Part shown: one piece after another, positions 6,739-10,186 of the stretch
Layout: each line of letters opens with the position of its first letter
How positions within the stretch are numbered: the stretch's first letter is position 1
Source: Clostridia bacterium
GTDB lineage: Bacteria > Bacillota > Clostridia > UMGS1883
Assembly (NCBI GenBank): GCA_051866635.1
Contig: JBJDXJ010000006.1
Location: 1 to 10,186, forward strand
DNA: 10,186 bases
Direction of reading: 5' to 3'
Notes under the pieces: generated by a model
Databases searched by the model: none
The model's input: the letters and a program-made list of their open reading frames with translations, nothing else
Told to the model about the DNA's origin: nothing
Program-made: the position numbers and the translations under genes

Positions 6739-7374
6739 ATGCGAAAAAAAGAACGTGCAACAGAATTTATAAAAATACTGGAGCACTTATATCCCGATGC
6801 AATCTGTTCCCTTGTATACTCCGACCCTTTCCAACTATTGTGTGCGGTACAGCTTTCTGCACAGTGTACCGATGCACGTGTTAACCTTACAACACCTTAT
6901 TTGTTTTCAAAATTTCCCGATGCACTCTCCATGTCAAAGGCAAAATTGGAAGATGTGGAATTAATAATAAAGCCTTGCGGTTTTTACCACAACAAGGCAA
7001 AAAATCTCATAAACTGTGCAAAGCAACTTGTTGAGGAATACAACTGTACTGTTCCCGATAATATGGACGAATTGCTGAAGCTGTCAGGTGTAGGAAGAAA
7101 AACAGCCAACCTTATATTGGGCGATGTTTACCACAAAGGCGGAATGGTTATTGATACCCACGCAAAACGTATATTGTACCGCATGGGCTTAACAAAAGAA
7201 ACTGACCCTGTAAAAGTGGAGTTTGACACTTCTCCCTTAATTCCTACAGATAAGCAATCAGAATTTTGCCATCGCCTTGTGTTATTCGGCAGAGATATAT
7301 GTACTGCAAGAAAAACCTACTGCGACAAATGTCCCGCAAAGGATTTTTGCCCCAAGAATAAGTATAAGAATTGA
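6739..7374 (+). CDS. nth: Endonuclease III
   Basis: [11 protein letters not shown], HhH motif [13 protein letters not shown], catalytic IDTH, 4Fe-4S motif C-x6-C-x2-C-x5-C; GAGGTG RBS. Confidence 0.96.
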   Translation: MRKKERATEFIKILEHLYPDAICSLVYSDPFQLLCAVQLSAQCTDARVNLTTPYLFSKFPDALSMSKAKLEDVELIIKPCGFYHNKAKNLINCAKQLVEEYNCTVPDNMDELLKLSGVGRKTANLILGDVYHKGGMVIDTHAKRILYRMGLTKETDPVKVEFDTSPLIPTDKQSEFCHRLVLFGRDICTARKTYCDKCPAKDFCPKNKYKN

Positions 7375-7533
7375 GGCTGTAAAAAAGTATCTAAAGAAAT
7401 AAGTTAGACCATTTGGGACAGTCCCCCTTATGGCAAATTGGGAGACAATTTGCCAAAGAAACCTTGCGAGGTTTTGTTGGGACAGTCCCGAAATGGTCTT
7501 TTTGTTATCTCAGAGCCACTTTTTTTAAGCCTC
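7373..7533. mobile_element. ~160-bp nested-palindromic MITE-like element, copy 2
   Basis: GAGGCTGTAAAAAAGT...ACTTTTTTTAAGCCTC, flanked both sides by AATT (7369-7372, 7534-7537); fills the whole gap between the convergent nth and comEA stops. Confidence 0.85.
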
Positions 7534-7535
7534 AA

Positions 7536-8072
7536 TTAGTCTACATAAAAGCTTTCGCAAACTGATTTATATGTGCTTTCATTTAAAACACTTTTAAGTT
7601 CAATCACACTTTTAAATCCGCCATGACTTTCACGATATTCTATAATTCTATTTGCATAATTTGCACCTATTCCCGAAACGGACTGTAATTCTTTACTGTC
7701 AGCAGTATTGAGGTTTACGGCACCTGTCAATTTGCTTCCCTTATAAGGCACATAAATTTCCTGACCGTCATACACATACTCCGCCAGATTGATAGAGTCA
7801 AGATCGGCATTTTCCAAAAATCCGCCTACGTATTTATCAACATCCTTAACCCTTGTACCAATGGGAACAGAGTAAAATCCGCTGTTTAAAACTGCACCTT
7901 TTACGTGTATGCCCACAGTAGCCTCTGTTGCATCTTCGTACAATCGCTCCTCCTGTTTGGTATAAACAAAAGCCGTAATTATAATCGCCACTAAAAACGT
8001 TATCCATATTATAGTTTTTACAAGCTCTTTTCTCTTTATATTCTTATCGTCCAAGTCAATTAGTTTTGCCAT
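7536..8072 (-). CDS. comEA: ComEA-family membrane-anchored DNA-binding protein (TM + SLBB + HhH)
   Basis: N-terminal TM segment, IHVKGAV..SGFY, GGFLENADLDSINLAEYVYDGQEIYVP, VNLNTAD..EL.SVSGIG...A.RIIEYRESHGGFKSVIEL. Confidence 0.88.
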   Translation of the reverse strand: MAKLIDLDDKNIKRKELVKTIIWITFLVAIIITAFVYTKQEERLYEDATEATVGIHVKGAVLNSGFYSVPIGTRVKDVDKYVGGFLENADLDSINLAEYVYDGQEIYVPYKGSKLTGAVNLNTADSKELQSVSGIGANYANRIIEYRESHGGFKSVIELKSVLNESTYKSVCESFYVD

Positions 8073-8542
8073 TATATCGTATTTTCGTACACGCTGTCAT
8101 GCTGTAGGTCAGAAGAGTTATACGCCGCTACAGCCAAAGCGTCACACCTTTCGTTATAATCATGCCCTGCATGTCCTTTTACCCAGATAAGCTCCACATC
8201 GTGAATTGCAAGCTGTTTAAGAACCCTTTCCCACAAGTCAGGGTTCAACGCTTTCTTGCCGTCGCTCTTTTTCCAGCCCTTATTTTTCCATGAATATACC
8301 CATCCGTTTTTGATTGCATCAACCAAATATTTGGAATCACTGTATAATTTAACCTTACAAGGTTCCTTTAAAGATTCAAGTCCAACAATTGCGGCAAGTA
8401 ATTCCATGCGGTTATTTGTTGTCAATATAAAACCCTCACTCATGACTTTTTCGTGTCCGTTAAAAGTCAATATTGCACCGTAACCGCCTTTTCCCGGATT
8501 TCCGCTGCAAGCACCGTCTGTATATAAATTTACTTCCTTCAT
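8072..8542 (-). CDS. rnhA: Ribonuclease HI
   Basis: YTDGACSGNPGKGGYG, TTNNRMEL, SDSKY, NPDLW, WVKGHAGH.YNERCD.LA. Confidence 0.98.
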   Translation of the reverse strand: MKEVNLYTDGACSGNPGKGGYGAILTFNGHEKVMSEGFILTTNNRMELLAAIVGLESLKEPCKVKLYSDSKYLVDAIKNGWVYSWKNKGWKKSDGKKALNPDLWERVLKQLAIHDVELIWVKGHAGHDYNERCDALAVAAYNSSDLQHDSVYENTI

Positions 8543-9459
8543 CTGATTACGTTCGCCATAGCCTTCAAAATAGAATTTTCATCGTCACGCTGAGGCTTTT
8601 CGGCTCTTACCAAACTCCAGCTTTCAGAGTGAGTCGTAGTGTCCCCGGCTTCCAAAAGTGTAAGAGGTGACAAACACTCCATTTCTGTATAGCCGTCACA
8701 AGTATAACATTCACAGTTACAGTTATTGTCAGGATACTGTACATTCTTTTCATAATCAAACTTTTTAACAAAAGCAGCATTATTTACAAAATAGACCATA
8801 TATCCATGTTCGTTAATCACACCAAGCTTTGCCGCTTTGTCCGTATTTCTCTGGTCAACTGTGATAAATTCATCACCAATATAGAATCTTTCATCGTTCA
8901 TAGGTGTATACTGCCAGAAGCAAACCCACTTATTTGGGAAAAATCCTGTATCTGTAACATTCTGAGGAATAACACAAAGACCGCCTGTCTGACAAACAGT
9001 AACTGTCCAGGGTGCAATCTTTGTTGCCCACGCACCATTGTTTGTAACGGAATGTTTAATGTCAACATCACCGTTTTCCTTCATGGTGATACATGTTGTA
9101 TACTGCATAAAAGTCCATTCCTGCACAGGTGCTTCCAAAATGGCACCATTTTCGGTTATTGTACATTCAACCTTATAATCATCGGGGTAATATGTTCTGG
9201 GGTGGCGTTCGGGGCTAAGCCAAAGGCGATGACCACCTACAACGCACCAAGTATCACCCTTAAAAGGTGAGGCTGAAACATCGTTTGTATATTTGTTTTC
9301 TGTATCTTCAAAAAACATGTTTTCTTCGCCAACGTAAGCATAACGAACAATATAGGGACCACGTTCCAGCGTTGCAATAAGCTCCTTTTCACCGTTTGTA
9401 ATTTTTAAACATTCACCATAATTTCCGTATGTAACTTTTGAAACTTCAACTTTACTCAT
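8539..9459 (-). CDS. Conserved hypothetical protein, probably DUF4380 / galactose-mutarotase-like beta-sandwich
   Basis: 306 aa; motifs GP.IVRY, GGHRLWLSPE..RTYYPD, YPD..CNCE.YT, EMECLSPL, H.ESW; ATGA overlap with rnhA. Family assignment is from recall. Confidence 0.7.
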   Translation of the reverse strand: MSKVEVSKVTYGNYGECLKITNGEKELIATLERGPYIVRYAYVGEENMFFEDTENKYTNDVSASPFKGDTWCVVGGHRLWLSPERHPRTYYPDDYKVECTITENGAILEAPVQEWTFMQYTTCITMKENGDVDIKHSVTNNGAWATKIAPWTVTVCQTGGLCVIPQNVTDTGFFPNKWVCFWQYTPMNDERFYIGDEFITVDQRNTDKAAKLGVINEHGYMVYFVNNAAFVKKFDYEKNVQYPDNNCNCECYTCDGYTEMECLSPLTLLEAGDTTTHSESWSLVRAEKPQRDDENSILKAMANVIR

Positions 9460-9462
9460 AAT

Positions 9463-9597
9463 AATTCACATAGCCTTTCTGCCACAAATAGTAATGAAAT
9501 TTAATTTTTACGCACTTGTTGTGGCGGACAAGGCGTATAGTGTGAATTGTGTCCATGTGCGTTTTCTAAGCTTGCCGGGAACTTCTCGCATGGACAA
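9463..9597 (-). repeat. Two-hairpin element, copy A, lying between the SD and the start codon of the 306-aa gene
   Basis: TGTCCATG / CATGGACA hairpin (9596-9550), one base, then AATTCACA..GCCTT..GCCACAA / TTGTGGC..AAGGC..TGTGAATT hairpin (9548-9463). Confidence 0.8.
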
Positions 9598-9619
9598 TCA
9601 AATCCTCCTTTAAACTATT

Positions 9620-9656
9620 ATACAGTTATTATAACTGTATTAACTCTTTTTTGCAA
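9620..9656 (-). promoter_or_regulatory. Sigma-A promoter of the hypothetical-rnhA-comEA operon with an overlapping perfect palindrome
   Basis: TTGCAA (9656-9651) - 17 nt - TATAAT (9633-9628); ATACAGTTAT-T-ATAACTGTAT at 9620-9640. Confidence 0.7.
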
Positions 9657-9664
9657 GATAATTA

Positions 9665-9693
9665 TTGACTAAATATTGAATTTGTGGTATTCT
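9665..9693 (+). promoter_or_regulatory. Sigma-A promoter of tadA
   Basis: TTGACT (9665-9670) - 17 nt - TATTCT (9688-9693) with extended -10 TG; AAGGAG RBS at 9704-9709. Confidence 0.65.
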
Positions 9694-9717
9694 GTCTTGG
9701 TGTAAGGAGTTATTGAA

Positions 9718-10185
9718 ATGACTAATCGTTTTATGCAAGAAGCACTGAATGAAGCATACAAGGCACTTGAAGTGGGCGAAATTCCCATTGGTGCGGTCAT
9801 TGTAAGAAATGATGAAATTATTGCACGTGGCCATAATCTTCGCCAGACTATGCGTAATTCTCTTCTTCATGCGGAGATTGTTGCAATACAGAATGCTTGT
9901 AAGGTTATAGGAGACTGGCGTTTGGACGATTGTGACATTTATGTAACTTTGGAGCCTTGCACAATGTGTTCAGGTGCAATTATAAATGCACGGATGCGGC
10001 GTGTGTTCTTCGGTGCTTACGATGCTGAATACGGCGGTGCCGGTGGTAAGATTGACCTTTTTGCCCCGTGCTACTTTGGCAGTAAGACAGAAGTTTACGG
10101 AGGTATCATGGAAAAGGAATGTACAGATTTTTTAAATAACTTCTTTTCCGATATCCGTAACAAGAAAAAGAAAAAATCTGAATAG
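9718..10185 (+). CDS. tadA: tRNA adenosine(34) deaminase
   Basis: FMQEAL.EA.KA...GEIPIGAVIV, HAE, WRL..C.IYVTLEPCTMCSGAI.NAR, FFSDIR. Confidence 0.93.
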   Translation: MTNRFMQEALNEAYKALEVGEIPIGAVIVRNDEIIARGHNLRQTMRNSLLHAEIVAIQNACKVIGDWRLDDCDIYVTLEPCTMCSGAIINARMRRVFFGAYDAEYGGAGGKIDLFAPCYFGSKTEVYGGIMEKECTDFLNNFFSDIRNKKKKKSE

Positions 10186-10186
10186 T

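Noticed and set aside
2791-7533. Composite transposon bounded by the two MITE copies
   Set aside because: The cargo is core housekeeping genes and no shared outer target duplication is visible; independent insertions are simpler.
8256-9870. ORFs 8256-8483, 8473-8670, 8806-9270 and 9640-9870
   Set aside because: Antisense to rnhA, the 306-aa gene and tadA.

Overview
AT-rich chromosome segment of a spore-forming Clostridia-like bacterium (inferred from sigG, sigma-A promoters and GGAGG RBSs). The left third (1-~3000) is accessory. It holds the 5' part of a secreted BspA-type leucine-rich-repeat protein, two small ribbon-helix-helix regulators, a tightly coupled four-gene operon (hypothetical - DUF3990 - hypothetical - DUF3791) under a perfect sigma-A promoter, and a probable gene remnant. 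An imperfect 38-bp direct repeat 2010 bp apart brackets most of this block. The rest is housekeeping: sigG, rarA, glyA, nth, comEA-like, rnhA, a conserved hypothetical, and tadA. The intergenic DNA is unusually structured. It carries two copies of a ~160-bp nested-palindromic MITE-like element and two diverged copies of a different two-hairpin element, one of which sits between a gene's Shine-Dalgarno and its start codon. A 21-bp stem buries the sigG RBS. Family names come from recalled motifs, not database searches.
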